64,000 nt of DNA, taken from NCBI GenBank assembly GCA_046760905.1, contig JBHIFB010000002.1:18772-82771 (forward strand). The letters run 5' to 3'. A program made the translations under genes and the position numbers. Origin of the DNA: Candidatus Glassbacteria bacterium. Its GTDB lineage: Bacteria; Gemmatimonadota; CAZMKB01. Every line of letters starts with the position of its first letter. Position 1 is the first letter of the stretch. Below the pieces are notes generated by a model, which saw only the letters and a list, made by a program, of their open reading frames with translations, had not been told where the DNA came from and did not search any database. This document shows, in pieces, positions 49,531-62,116 of the stretch.

Positions 49531-50610
49531 CTAAGGAAAAAGTTTTTCCCTCTCCGAGCAGGGTATGAGCACACAGCAGTATTCGTGTGCCTGTAAGCAT
49601 TCCCCTCTTTCCTTAACTTCATCCTGATCACAGCATATTGATATACAGAGATCGGGATTTCTCTGGTAAAGTTCGGTGCTGAGGTATTTCATTCCCGAAT
49701 CCGGTATGAGGGTCACGATTTGTTTCGGTACGGCTTGCTTTCTTGCGACGGTCAAGGCTGCAAAGACGTTTGCTCCTGCCGAGTAGCCAGCGAAGATGCC
49801 TTCCTTCCTGCTCAATTGACAGGTAGTTATCTTCGCTTCCTCATCGCTGACTTTTATTATCTCATCGACGACTTCGCTGTCATACAGTTCAGGTATGAAT
49901 CCTTCTCCGATACCCTGTATCCGGTGATATCCCGGCGCTTCACCGGAGAGGACCGCCGAGTTAAGCGGTTCGACGACGTGAAGTTCGATGGACGGGTCCC
50001 TCTCCTTGAGGCCTCGACCGACGCCCATTGCTGTACCGGCTGTTCCGACACTGATAACGACGATGTCTATATTGCCGTTCATCTGTTCCCAGATTTCCTT
50101 TGCAGTCGTCCTGTAATGGGCCAGTGTGTTTGCAGGGTTACTGAATTGGTCGGGCATGTAATGACCGGGCAGTTTTGACATTTCTCTTGCCTTTTCGATA
50201 GTGGATTCGAGTTCCTCTTTCGAGAAGGTACCTGATGCTGAATCTTCTTTGCTCGGTATCAGGATGAGTTCGGCTCCGAAGGCTCTCATCATAGCCTGCC
50301 TTTCCGTACTCATCTCGGCTGGCATTACGGCAATCATCCTGTAACCTTTGAGAGCACATACCAGCGCCAGGCTGGTACCTGTGTTGCCACTGGTCGGTTC
50401 GACTATGGTATCGCCCGGCTTGATGAGGCCGGCATTCTCAGCTTCTTCGATCATTGAGAGACCGATTCGATCCTTTATTGACCCCGATGGATTATAGTAT
50501 TCGAGTTTGGCGAATATCTTAGATGAAAGCCCCCGGGACATCTTCGAGAGTTCAACCATTGGGGTGTTCCCTATCAGTTCGAGAAGATCCCCATGCAGTT
50601 TATTGATCAT
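49531..50610 (-). CDS. cysK: Cysteine synthase (CysK/CysM PLP-dependent family) with about 42-aa Cys-rich C-terminal extension
   Basis: PLP-Lys motif NPSGSIKDRIG; GTAGT loop; family end motif DSGMKYLSTELY is followed by …DLCISICCDQDEVKERGECLQAHEYCCVLIPCSEREKLFP (8 Cys). Confidence 0.8.
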   Translation of the reverse strand: MINKLHGDLLELIGNTPMVELSKMSRGLSSKIFAKLEYYNPSGSIKDRIGLSMIEEAENAGLIKPGDTIVEPTSGNTGTSLALVCALKGYRMIAVMPAEMSTERQAMMRAFGAELILIPSKEDSASGTFSKEELESTIEKAREMSKLPGHYMPDQFSNPANTLAHYRTTAKEIWEQMNGNIDIVVISVGTAGTAMGVGRGLKERDPSIELHVVEPLNSAVLSGEAPGYHRIQGIGEGFIPELYDSEVVDEIIKVSDEEAKITTCQLSRKEGIFAGYSAGANVFAALTVARKQAVPKQIVTLIPDSGMKYLSTELYQRNPDLCISICCDQDEVKERGECLQAHEYCCVLIPCSEREKLFP

Positions 50611-50794
50611 TTCATCTCCCTTTCACTTCTACTTTACTCTTAGGTTTGATATTTCTATGATATCAGAATATCTCCTCTCTGTCAATCTTTTCACAAACTG
50701 GAGTTTTCCCGAAAATATTTATAGTAAGGGAGCGTCACTTGAGCAAGTATGCTTATCGAGTACTGTCTTAGCGAAATCATTCTCCATTGATCAA

Positions 50795-53700
50795 TCATTT
50801 AGATTGTCTCACAACATCACGGGCCCAGTTGCGGAGGTCATCGAGGATGACATAGATTGTTGGAAGAATCAGCAGTGTAACTATGGTCGAAAAAGTGAGG
50901 CCTCCGACTATGGCACGAGCCATTGGGAAATAGGGCGGGCCGTCCCCACCGATCTGGGTGCTTGTAATGCAGAGAGGAACAAGGCTCAACACTGTTGTAC
51001 CAGCAGTCATCAAGATGGGACGAAGGCGGTCCTGGCCTGCCTTCAAGATCGCCTCAGCGCGGTCCAGTCCACGTGCACGAAGTTGATTAACGTGATCGAT
51101 GAGCACGATACCGTTGTTAACCACGACACCGATCAGGATGAGTATCCCTATCATAGCCATTATGGACACCGTTGTACCGGTCATCAGGAAGAACCAGAAC
51201 ACCCCGACTATGGCAAAAAGGATCTGAGTCCAGATGGCCGCCGGAAAGAGGAGAGATTCAAACAGTGAAGCCATAACGAAATAGATCAGTGCTAGAGCAA
51301 GAAGGAGGTTGATCATCATGTTCCTGAACGCCTGTTCCTCCTCGTCGAATTTTTGTCCGTAGTTGTAGGAATAACCTGGCGGAAAGTTGAAATTCTCCAT
51401 GACCTTCCCGATCATTTCCTTCGCCTCGCTTACGGTGATATCCTTCAGATAAGCTGTTATCCCTATTGAAGTGGACCTGTTCTCGCGGTTTATCTCGCGC
51501 GGCCCACGACTAACCCTGAAATCCGCGAGAGAGGCGAGCTTTACAGGCTGCTCACCTCCGTTAAAAAGCGGGAGATCCTGTAACTGCTCCAGGTTCTGCC
51601 TGTCGCTGTCCTGAAACTCCAAACGCATCTCGATCTCCCCTTCTTCGGTTCTAAACCTCCGCAGGTTCACCCCCCTCATTGCTGCGGCTACGACCTGTGC
51701 GATTTCCTGTGTGCTAAATCCATACTGTTTCGCTCGAACACGGTCCACGACGACGTGGATCTCTTCCTCCCCAATAGAGGCCTCAGAACGAACATCTGTA
51801 AGTCCAGGCACCTTCGATAACCTCCATGCCACTTCTCGGGATAGCTCCGCCAGTTGTTCACTGGATTTTCCAGTGAGATAGATCTCGACTGACTCCCCCT
51901 CACCGCTTGTGCTGCGCCAATCGAAGGATGGTTCCGTGATCGGCAACCTGGGCAGGTTTTCGCGGATTGCCTCGCGGATTTCATCCATCGACTTCTTCGC
52001 TTCGTCTCCCTTTTTAAGAAGGATGGTAGAACTCGCGTAATTACCCTGGTAGTAACTGTAGACAGACTCGATCTCGAATTCTTCCTGATTGGCGAACAGG
52101 TAGTTCTCATAGATGTCAACCGCCTCTTCCACTTTCTCGAGTGTATAGTGGCCGTTGATGTGGTAATGCAGGCGCAGCCGACGGTCGGATGGTTCATCGA
52201 ACATGTCTTTTTCCACGAATGAGACCGGAACCGCAACACTGCCCAGCATAACGACGAGTATGCCGACAGTGGCCCAGCGATGCCTGAGCGTCCAATCCAG
52301 TGCCATACCGTATTTCGCAAGAAGTTTATCTATCACGGTGTTTTTTCTTCTAAGGTTGGTCGGAGGTTTAGTTTTAGATGCAAGAAGCGGCACCACTGTC
52401 TGCGCCATGACCAGGGAAGCTCCCAGCGCGATGCAAATCGTTATGGATACGTGTTTCATGTATATGGATATGTTGTCATTCGGCGCAACGATATTCGGGA
52501 GGAATACGATGGCGGTGGTAAGGGTTCCAGCGGTGATGGCGAGGGCCACCTCTCTAACGCCGGTGATGATGGAGGCATGGGCGGAATTATTCAGCAATTG
52601 GTGCCGGTGGATGCTCTCCGTCACCACGACTGCGTTGTCTACCAGCATTCCGACGGCGAGCATCAATCCCATCATGGAGAGGATATTCAGCGATATGCCC
52701 ATGAAATACATGAAAGCCATTGTGATAAACAGGGAAAACGGCACAGCGAGTGCGACGATAAATGTTGTAGAGAGCTTACGAAGGAAGAAGAACAGGACGA
52801 AAATTGCCAGCAGGCCGCCGAGTGTGCCGGCTTTCAGCAGTTCATGGAGTGAGTCTATTATACCGTCGGCGAGATTTTCCATGTAAAAAATACTTATACC
52901 TTCCATCTCAGGGAGCTTGCTTATTTTTTCGATCTCGGCGACGACCTTGTCGGCGACATCCACGGTGTTTGCGCCGGCTTCCTTGAAGACATCCAGCCCG
53001 ATGGCGTAGCGGCGGTCAAGATGACGTCCATAATCGAGTTTTGGATGGTCATAGGTGATGTTGGCAATATCTCGCAAGCGTATGCCGTTGTCTGCGACGA
53101 TAAGCTCACCGATGTCATCCATGCTCTGGTATTCGCCTATCGGACGAACTGTGAAGCGGCGTCTGTAATCGGTGATCTTTCCGGCGGTAACCATAAAATT
53201 ACTGCGCCGCAGCATCTCAGAGAGTCTACCGATGTCTATGTGATGAGCGATTATGCGGTCAGCATTCAACTGGATCCGGATCTGTTTCTTCTCAACGCCA
53301 TAGAGATCGACCTTCGAAACTCCCTCGATGCGTTCCAGCCTGCGCTTGAGGTTGCGTTCAAGCATGTCGTAGGAGTTCGAGAGATCGCGGTAGCTCGAGA
53401 TACGCAGTGCGAGCATTTCCATGTCACTGGAGGACCACTTATAGACATAGAACCGCTCCAGATCCCGCGGCAGCTGGTTGCGTATACCATCCAGTTTTTC
53501 TCTTGCCTCGAGAGCTTTTATGTTCGAATCGACCCCCCAATCGAATTCGAGGACGATCTCTGACTCATCCTCCCTCGATTCGGATCTCATCCTTTTGATG
53601 CCGCTGATGGTTGCGAGCACTTCCTCGGCAGGCCGTGTGATCTGTCGCTCTACTTCTTCCGGGGTAGAACCTGGGTATGGGATACTCACTGCAATGAAGG

Positions 53701-53827
53701 GCGCGTCGATGTCTGGAAAGAATTCGAGTGGCAGCATCTGGCTGGAGATGGCTCCTATTACGACGAAGCAGACAAATACCATCAGCGTCGTGACAGGTCG
53801 GCGAAGAGATGTTTGTGTCAGATTCAT
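50795..53827 (-). CDS. RND efflux transporter permease (HAE1/AcrB-MdtC-like), second of a tandem pair
   Basis: 1010 aa, 12-transmembrane-helix RND architecture; 4-nt overlap with the upstream RND gene. Confidence 0.85.
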   Translation of the reverse strand: MNLTQTSLRRPVTTLMVFVCFVVIGAISSQMLPLEFFPDIDAPFIAVSIPYPGSTPEEVERQITRPAEEVLATISGIKRMRSESREDESEIVLEFDWGVDSNIKALEAREKLDGIRNQLPRDLERFYVYKWSSSDMEMLALRISSYRDLSNSYDMLERNLKRRLERIEGVSKVDLYGVEKKQIRIQLNADRIIAHHIDIGRLSEMLRRSNFMVTAGKITDYRRRFTVRPIGEYQSMDDIGELIVADNGIRLRDIANITYDHPKLDYGRHLDRRYAIGLDVFKEAGANTVDVADKVVAEIEKISKLPEMEGISIFYMENLADGIIDSLHELLKAGTLGGLLAIFVLFFFLRKLSTTFIVALAVPFSLFITMAFMYFMGISLNILSMMGLMLAVGMLVDNAVVVTESIHRHQLLNNSAHASIITGVREVALAITAGTLTTAIVFLPNIVAPNDNISIYMKHVSITICIALGASLVMAQTVVPLLASKTKPPTNLRRKNTVIDKLLAKYGMALDWTLRHRWATVGILVVMLGSVAVPVSFVEKDMFDEPSDRRLRLHYHINGHYTLEKVEEAVDIYENYLFANQEEFEIESVYSYYQGNYASSTILLKKGDEAKKSMDEIREAIRENLPRLPITEPSFDWRSTSGEGESVEIYLTGKSSEQLAELSREVAWRLSKVPGLTDVRSEASIGEEEIHVVVDRVRAKQYGFSTQEIAQVVAAAMRGVNLRRFRTEEGEIEMRLEFQDSDRQNLEQLQDLPLFNGGEQPVKLASLADFRVSRGPREINRENRSTSIGITAYLKDITVSEAKEMIGKVMENFNFPPGYSYNYGQKFDEEEQAFRNMMINLLLALALIYFVMASLFESLLFPAAIWTQILFAIVGVFWFFLMTGTTVSIMAMIGILILIGVVVNNGIVLIDHVNQLRARGLDRAEAILKAGQDRLRPILMTAGTTVLSLVPLCITSTQIGGDGPPYFPMARAIVGGLTFSTIVTLLILPTIYVILDDLRNWARDVVRQSK

Positions 53828-56800
53828 AGTTCTTTTATCGTATACTCCTTTCGATCGACGAGCACATACACAACAGGTATTACGATGAGCGTGAGAAGTG
53901 TCGAAACGATCAGGCCGCCTATGACCGTTATTGCCATCGGTGATCTCAGCTCTGCGCCTTCTCCGAAACCAAGTGCGAGTGGCAAGAGGCCAAGAACCGT
54001 GGTGATCATGGTCATCATAATAGGCCGTAGTCTGGAGCGTCCCCCCTCGATGATGGCCTCGGTTTTCGACATGCCGCCGGCTCGCAGCTTGTTTATGAGA
54101 TCAATCAGGACTATCGCGTTGTTTACGACAATCCCTGCGAGCAGGATCAGTCCGATGAAAACGACCACGCTAATCGTTGATCCTGTGAGCCAGAGGGCAA
54201 GCACTGCCCCGATGAGGGCAAGCGGGATCGTGAAAAGGATTACCAACGGGTGCAGGAACGACTCGAACTGCGAAGCCATAACCAGGTAGACGAGGAAGAT
54301 GGCCAGAAGGAGGGCGAATTGCATCGAACGGAATGATACTTCCATCTCCTCGTTCTGTCCTGCAAGGCGCACACTCAGTCCAGCCGGCAACTGAACCCGG
54401 CTGATGATCGAGCTAATCTCCTCGGCCGCGCCTCCCAGATCTCCATATCGAAGATTGGCAGTCACAAGTGCCACGCGCTCCTGGTCGACTCGCCGGATCT
54501 CACCGGGACCTGTATCTACAATGATGTCGGCCACTGCCTCGAGCGGGATCGGTCTTTCACTCTCAGGGTTTATGATGATCTTTCGGATACGATCCACTGA
54601 ATTGCGGTCCTCTTCTCGGGACCGTACCAGCACGTCTATCTTGCGGTCGTGCCAGGAGTATCTGGTTGCCACTTCCCCCCTCACTTTATTCACAACCCTG
54701 TCTGCTATCTGGTAGACTGCCAGTCCAAGGGATGCAGCGCGTTCCCTGTCGAAGTGTATCTGTATCTCTGGGTGTCCGGCTTCCATGGTCGATTTCACGT
54801 CGGCGAATCTTGGTGAGCTTGCCATGCGCTGTGCTATCTCACCGCTTACTTTTTTCAACTTTTCGAGCTCGAAACCGGACACCTCTATCTCCACAGGTGT
54901 CTTGAAGGTGAAAAGGGTAGGCCTTGAGAACTTATATTGAAGGCCGGCGATGTCTTCCATTTTCTCCCGAAGCTGAGTCATAACAATCTCTTCATCTGCT
55001 CGAACCGATCCCGGCTTGAGCACGACGTTCAGTTCTCCCCAGTTCTCACCTCCCTGCTCGGGATTTGCATCCAACCGATTTCCAGTACCGGCCACTGAGA
55101 ATGTGGTGGTGATCATGTCGATATCCTCCGCCGTCGCCTGAACCGATGCAATTGCTGTATCGGTGTACTGAAGCGGTGTTCCAGGAGGTAATCGGAATTC
55201 CACCTGAAATTCACCCTGCGAAAGCTGAGGAATGAGCTCCACGCCGAGGACAGGAATCAGAAGAAGAGTGATCACGAACAGGCCGAAGGCGATCGCTATT
55301 ACTGCACCTTTATGATTCAGAGACCACCTCAGCATGTGCGGATACCTGCTTTCAACAACTCTGTAGTACCGTCCAAAGGCTTTCACCAGTGGTGCGAACA
55401 GGAAAGAGAAGAACCTGGAAATAGCTCGTGCGACACTCAGCATGCTGCTTACAGCAAACACGGGAGCGGTCGAAAACAGAGCGAGGCGAATTCTCTGGAA
55501 AAAGCCGGTGGCGGGAGGTTGTGGGGTCGGGTTTGTCGAAGCAGGCTCTCCTTCTTCACGCGGTTTCTTCTGCAATGAGGCGAGCATCGGTATGAGCGTC
55601 AATGCAACAGCCAGAGAGGCCAGAAGCGAGAAGGTGACCGTAAGTGCCTGATCGCGGAAGAGCTGGCCGGCTATGCCCTTCACGAAGACAAGCGGGAAAA
55701 AGACCGCCACGGTGGTGAGGGTAGACGCAGTCACGGCCATCCCCACCTCGCTCGCGCCATCTCTTGCAGCTCTTGGTATATCTTTCCCCTTTTCGCGGTG
55801 CCGTGAGATGTTCTCCAGCACCACGATCGAATTGTCGAGCAGCATGCCGATGCCCAGTGCGATCCCACCGAGGGACATGATATTGAGGGTCAAGTCGGCC
55901 CCATACATCAGATTGAACGTGGCTATGACCGAGACCGGAATTGACATCGAAATTATGACGGTCGTCCAGAAATTACGGAGAAAGAAGTAGAGGATGATTA
56001 CCGCCAGAAGACCACCGATGATCGCTGCCCGGATCACCTCGTTCACCGCCTGTGTGATGAAAGTTGACTGATCATAGACTTCGACAAGTTCATAATCTTC
56101 CGGCAGGATCTCTCGAACGTGTTCGAGGCGCCTGTCCACCTCTCGTGCGACAGAGACTGTGTTTGCATCGCCCTCTTTATAGATAGCGATTTCGACCGCT
56201 TCAACTCCGTCCAGGCGTGTGATCGCTTCCCGGTCCTTGTACCCGTGACGAACGAGGGCGATGTCCCGCAGATAGATTGGCCTTCCATCGTTGTTCGAAA
56301 CGATGACATCACCAATTTCATCAATGGATTGGAATTGATTAAGAGTACGAACCAGGTACTGATGCGCTCCTTCCTCAAGCCGGCCGCCTGAGAGATTGAC
56401 ATTCTCCGCACCGAGCTGTGCTGCCAGGATCTCGATTGGCAGCCTAAGCTGTGCCATCCGAGCCTGATCTATAAGTACCTGTATTTCATCCTCCAGGCCT
56501 CCGCTCACCTTGACCGCCGCCACACCCCCTGCTGTCTCCAGCTCCTTCTTGATCTGCTCCTCGGCGAAGCGCCTGAGATACTTAAGCTCCTCCTCATCAA
56601 AAGGATCACCGGGATTATCGGTTTCACCGGAGGCAGCCAGATGCATATTCGATACGTCCTCCAGCCCCTTCTTCCCTTCGTCGCTGTCGTGGCGCCTGAA
56701 GAAGCCAAATCTCATGATGGGATCAAGAGATGGATCGAACCGGAGGATTGTGGGGCGATTCACATCGAGAGGCAATTCTAGCGCGTCGAGCTTTTCCCGT

Positions 56801-57123
56801 ACATCGAGGCCGGCATAATCCATATCCGTGCCCCAGGCAAACTCAAGGACAACATCAGACTGTCCCGATCGGGAGATAGAGCTAACCCGCTTCACGTTTT
56901 TTACAACGCCAAGGGTCTCCTCGATAGGCTTGGAGATGAGGTTTTCAATTTCGGCAGGTGCTGCCCCGGGATATTCGGTCCTGATAGTGAGCGTAGGGTA
57001 TGTTAGATCCGGAAGCAGGTTGATTTTAAGCCTGAGAAATGATACGAAACCAAAAAGAACGACCGCCAGCGTAAACATGGCGATCGTTACCCGACGGCGG
57101 ATGGAAACGTCTATTATTTTCAT
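53824..57123 (-). CDS. RND efflux transporter permease (HAE1/AcrB-MdtB-like), first of a tandem pair
   Basis: 1099 aa; starts MKIIDVSIRRRVTIAMFTLAVVLFG; conserved RND transmembrane motifs; Pro-rich insertion about 520-560. Confidence 0.85.
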   Translation of the reverse strand: MKIIDVSIRRRVTIAMFTLAVVLFGFVSFLRLKINLLPDLTYPTLTIRTEYPGAAPAEIENLISKPIEETLGVVKNVKRVSSISRSGQSDVVLEFAWGTDMDYAGLDVREKLDALELPLDVNRPTILRFDPSLDPIMRFGFFRRHDSDEGKKGLEDVSNMHLAASGETDNPGDPFDEEELKYLRRFAEEQIKKELETAGGVAAVKVSGGLEDEIQVLIDQARMAQLRLPIEILAAQLGAENVNLSGGRLEEGAHQYLVRTLNQFQSIDEIGDVIVSNNDGRPIYLRDIALVRHGYKDREAITRLDGVEAVEIAIYKEGDANTVSVAREVDRRLEHVREILPEDYELVEVYDQSTFITQAVNEVIRAAIIGGLLAVIILYFFLRNFWTTVIISMSIPVSVIATFNLMYGADLTLNIMSLGGIALGIGMLLDNSIVVLENISRHREKGKDIPRAARDGASEVGMAVTASTLTTVAVFFPLVFVKGIAGQLFRDQALTVTFSLLASLAVALTLIPMLASLQKKPREEGEPASTNPTPQPPATGFFQRIRLALFSTAPVFAVSSMLSVARAISRFFSFLFAPLVKAFGRYYRVVESRYPHMLRWSLNHKGAVIAIAFGLFVITLLLIPVLGVELIPQLSQGEFQVEFRLPPGTPLQYTDTAIASVQATAEDIDMITTTFSVAGTGNRLDANPEQGGENWGELNVVLKPGSVRADEEIVMTQLREKMEDIAGLQYKFSRPTLFTFKTPVEIEVSGFELEKLKKVSGEIAQRMASSPRFADVKSTMEAGHPEIQIHFDRERAASLGLAVYQIADRVVNKVRGEVATRYSWHDRKIDVLVRSREEDRNSVDRIRKIIINPESERPIPLEAVADIIVDTGPGEIRRVDQERVALVTANLRYGDLGGAAEEISSIISRVQLPAGLSVRLAGQNEEMEVSFRSMQFALLLAIFLVYLVMASQFESFLHPLVILFTIPLALIGAVLALWLTGSTISVVVFIGLILLAGIVVNNAIVLIDLINKLRAGGMSKTEAIIEGGRSRLRPIMMTMITTVLGLLPLALGFGEGAELRSPMAITVIGGLIVSTLLTLIVIPVVYVLVDRKEYTIKEL

Positions 57124-57240
57124 CGCAGATTCTCATTCTCGTCTTGTATGTGGCCGCCTTCGCGGCTCTGAGGGGATGTGCTCGTTCGCTCTGACAAAAA
57201 ACATTCTTGCCCTGCAATACTTCTCCAAGCGACTTTCGCA

Positions 57241-58320
57241 TCAATCGACGGTGGCATGCCCGGCTACCTTATTGGACACAAGCTCGACTCTCGCACTGTC
57301 TTTCAGACTCCCCTTGCCGGTTGTGACTATGATATCGCCGGGCTTCAGCCCCTTTACGACTTCGACCTTGTCGCGGTTCACATAGCCCGTTTCGACAGTC
57401 TGGCGGTAGGCAACGCTGTCTCTGACTACGAAAACTACCGACTCCCTGTCTTCGGTGATGATCGCATCCTTCGGCACGAGCATGGCATTCTCGTGCACGT
57501 CATACGTGATGCTTATGCGTGCAAACATCCCTGGTTTAAGCTTTCTTGCGGGGTCCATCACCGCTATTGTAACCTTCACGGTTCCCGTTGCGGGATCCAC
57601 GACAGGGCTGATTCGTTCTATGTTGCCGGCGTACTCGGCACTTTCAAGCGCATCTACCGATAGTTTTGCCACTTGACCGACTCTGAGTTTCCCGCTGTGT
57701 CGCTCGGGTACATGGAGTATGGCAAGCAGAGGCTCAAAACCCGTAACACGAAATGTCGCTTGATTCAGTAGCACCATGTTACCTATTTTGATCAGCCTTT
57801 CTGCGATGAAACCGCTTATGGGTGCCCGGATCGAGGTGTAGTGGAGCTCTAACTTGGCGAGGTTGAAAGCCTCCCTCTGGTATTCGTATTCATACTGGGA
57901 GGCCTGAAATACCTCCGTGCTGACAAGACCTTTGTCGAACAGCTCCTTGTTACGCAGGTAATCACTCTCGAGTTTCTTCAAGTTTGCTCTTTCCTGTTCC
58001 AGCAAAACGGCTAACTTTTCATCGTCCAGCTTTGCCAGTACTTGTCCGGCCTCGACATAGTCTCCCTCTTCTACGAAGATTTCCTTCACGATACCGCCCA
58101 CTTTGGCGACTATCTCCGTTTCCTCTTCCGCTTCCAGAGTGGCCGTACCTGTGAGGTATGCAGAGATATCACCGGTGTGTACGGTGGCGACTTCAACGGG
58201 CACGGAGGCCTCATCTTCATCCCCATTTTCGTTTGATGTATCAGAATTATTACCGCAGCCCACCTGAGTGAAGACCAATCCGGTGATTGTCAAAAAACAT
58301 ACAGCATAGATTAGTCTCAT
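57241..58320 (-). CDS. RND efflux periplasmic adaptor (membrane fusion protein, HlyD family) lipoprotein
   Basis: Lipobox …FTQVGCG; lipoyl/beta-barrel/membrane-proximal adaptor pattern. Confidence 0.8.
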   Translation of the reverse strand: MRLIYAVCFLTITGLVFTQVGCGNNSDTSNENGDEDEASVPVEVATVHTGDISAYLTGTATLEAEEETEIVAKVGGIVKEIFVEEGDYVEAGQVLAKLDDEKLAVLLEQERANLKKLESDYLRNKELFDKGLVSTEVFQASQYEYEYQREAFNLAKLELHYTSIRAPISGFIAERLIKIGNMVLLNQATFRVTGFEPLLAILHVPERHSGKLRVGQVAKLSVDALESAEYAGNIERISPVVDPATGTVKVTIAVMDPARKLKPGMFARISITYDVHENAMLVPKDAIITEDRESVVFVVRDSVAYRQTVETGYVNRDKVEVVKGLKPGDIIVTTGKGSLKDSARVELVSNKVAGHATVD

Positions 58321-58482
58321 TCCTACGTCCCCTGTCTCATACGGGGTTCGTGATCATTGATATTTCTGGACTTAGATGTTTCTCTGAATCATTTTATTAA
58401 TACTACGCCCAGGCTACTCTTTAAGTTTCAATTTTTCTAATGATTAGAGTATGTTCACGGAGGGAACCGATGTCAATAGGTC

Positions 58483-58511
58483 TTGACTCCTGGAATCCAC
58501 CCTGGTATATT
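58483..58511 (+). promoter_or_regulatory. Sigma-70-like promoter (TTGACT-17-TATATT) upstream of dcd
   Basis: TTGACT 58483-58488; TATATT 58506-58511; a hairpin CTCCCGGTcgGTACCGGGAG lies in the leader at about 58563-58582. Confidence 0.4.
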
Positions 58512-58635
58512 TTAATATGACTACCAGTCATGCATCTTGAAATTATTTTCTCCCTCTCTGCTCCCGGTCGGTACCGGGAGTTTGTTTTATGTGTAGTTTG
58601 ACTGTTTGCGGAAACCTTCTCCCGGAGATTATTCT

Positions 58636-59187
58636 ATGCCGGTCAAATCGGACAGGTGGATCAGGCAGATGTCGATCGAGCGGGGGATGATCGAGCCATT
58701 CGCGGAGGCGAGCCGCACCGGTGGCATGATATCCTTCGGCCTTTCCTCATACGGATATGATGTGCGGCTTGCCGATGAGTTCAGTATCGTGGAGGAGGCT
58801 GACGGCCTCATTCTGGATCCGAAGGGATATGAAGCGCAGGTTTTAAAGAATGTCAGCGGGCCTTTGACCCTCCCGCCACGATCCTTCGCACTAACCCGAT
58901 CGTTTGAGTATTTCAGGATACCGAGAAACATCATAGCCCTCTGCTTCGGCAAATCTACTTACGCGCGTTGCGGAATCGTTGTCAACGTGACACCTCTTGA
59001 GCCAGAGTGGGAGGGCTACATCACCATGAGCATAAGCAATACCTCGGCGTTTCCGGTGAAACTCTATCCGGGGGAGGGAATAGCCCAGGTTGTGTTTGTT
59101 GAAAGTGATGAGCTGTGCGAGGTCTCATACGGCGACAAGAAAGGGAAATATCAGGGTCAGGATCGTATCACACCACCCAGGGTATGA
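58636..59187 (+). CDS. dcd: dCTP deaminase
   Basis: MPVKSDRWIRQMSIERGMIEPF…; start at ATG 58636 with GGAG upstream. Confidence 0.85.
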   Translation: MPVKSDRWIRQMSIERGMIEPFAEASRTGGMISFGLSSYGYDVRLADEFSIVEEADGLILDPKGYEAQVLKNVSGPLTLPPRSFALTRSFEYFRIPRNIIALCFGKSTYARCGIVVNVTPLEPEWEGYITMSISNTSAFPVKLYPGEGIAQVVFVESDELCEVSYGDKKGKYQGQDRITPPRV

Positions 59188-59240
59188 AATGGCATGCTGT
59201 GGTTTCCATTGTACGATTCGCATTGATTGCGGTTAAGTGA

Positions 59241-61286
<2,046 letters not shown>

Positions 61287-61550
61287 TGCCATTCTGGCGG
61301 TAGGGATGTCATGCCGAAGCACACTGTATAAAATGATATGCCATAGTAACAGGTTTGAATGTGCCACAATGGCAGAAAACTGATCCCCTAAAATTCACTC
61401 CATTTTCACGATCTCGTAACCCATTGATAAATAATAAATTATAATCCCACAAAAAATGATCACTCCCTGGCATACTCCTTGCTTTATCATAGGGCAGAAA
61501 AACGGAGTGAGATAAAACCAGGAGAAAATGAGAACAGGAGGTGAGCGATC

Positions 61551-61997
61551 ATGACACTGGTTAGATGGAAGCCGATGAGAGACTGGCTCTCTCTTCAGAG
61601 AGACATGAACAGGGCCTTCAACGAGTTCTTCAGGTTCCCGGGCACAGAAGTTGAGCTGTTCGAGAGGGACTGGGTTCCTGCCGTGGATATCTTTGAGAAG
61701 GATGATGAGATCACACTCAAGGCGGAGCTTCCAGGACTAACGAAAGACGATGTTAACATCTCTATCGAGAACGGCTCACTGACCATTACTGGTGAGAAGA
61801 AAAGAGAGAACGAGTTCAGCGATGAAAATTGCCAGAGGATCGAGAGATCTTATGGGAAATTTCAGAGGACATTCTCTCTGCCTTCCACGGTTGACTCGAG
61901 TAAAGTAAACGCAGTCTTCAAAGACGGTGTACTATCCATCAGCCTCGGCAAGAAAGAGGAGGCAAAGCCCAAGAAGATCGAGGTCAAAGTTTCGTAA
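61551..61997 (+). CDS. Hsp20/alpha-crystallin small heat-shock protein
   Basis: 148 aa; alpha-crystallin domain …PAVDIFEKDDEITLKAELPGLTKDDVNISIENGSLTITGEKK…. Confidence 0.85.
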   Translation: MTLVRWKPMRDWLSLQRDMNRAFNEFFRFPGTEVELFERDWVPAVDIFEKDDEITLKAELPGLTKDDVNISIENGSLTITGEKKRENEFSDENCQRIERSYGKFQRTFSLPSTVDSSKVNAVFKDGVLSISLGKKEEAKPKKIEVKVS

Positions 61998-62086
61998 CAG
62001 TGAAGGCCGGAAAGAGAGCGGGCCATGGGCTCGCGGGGAAATCCCGGGGGCCCATGCCTTATTGCATTTTAAAACAGGGCCCAGGA

Positions 62087-62116
62087 CTTGCAATTTACCC
62101 AAGAGGCATATATCCT
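62087..62116 (+). promoter_or_regulatory. Candidate promoter for grpE-dnaJ (CTTGCAA-N13-CATATAT; reads as sigma-32-like or as sigma-70 TTGCAA-17-TATATC)
   Basis: Read from sequence 55 nt upstream of the grpE start. Confidence 0.35.

Noticed and set aside
62040-62085. GGGCCC…GGGCCC and GCCCATG/CATGGGC complementarity after hsp20
   Set aside because: GGGCCC is self-complementary so the 'repeat' is trivial. The possible 7-bp stem has a 19-nt loop and no U-tract. At most a weak terminator, so not called.
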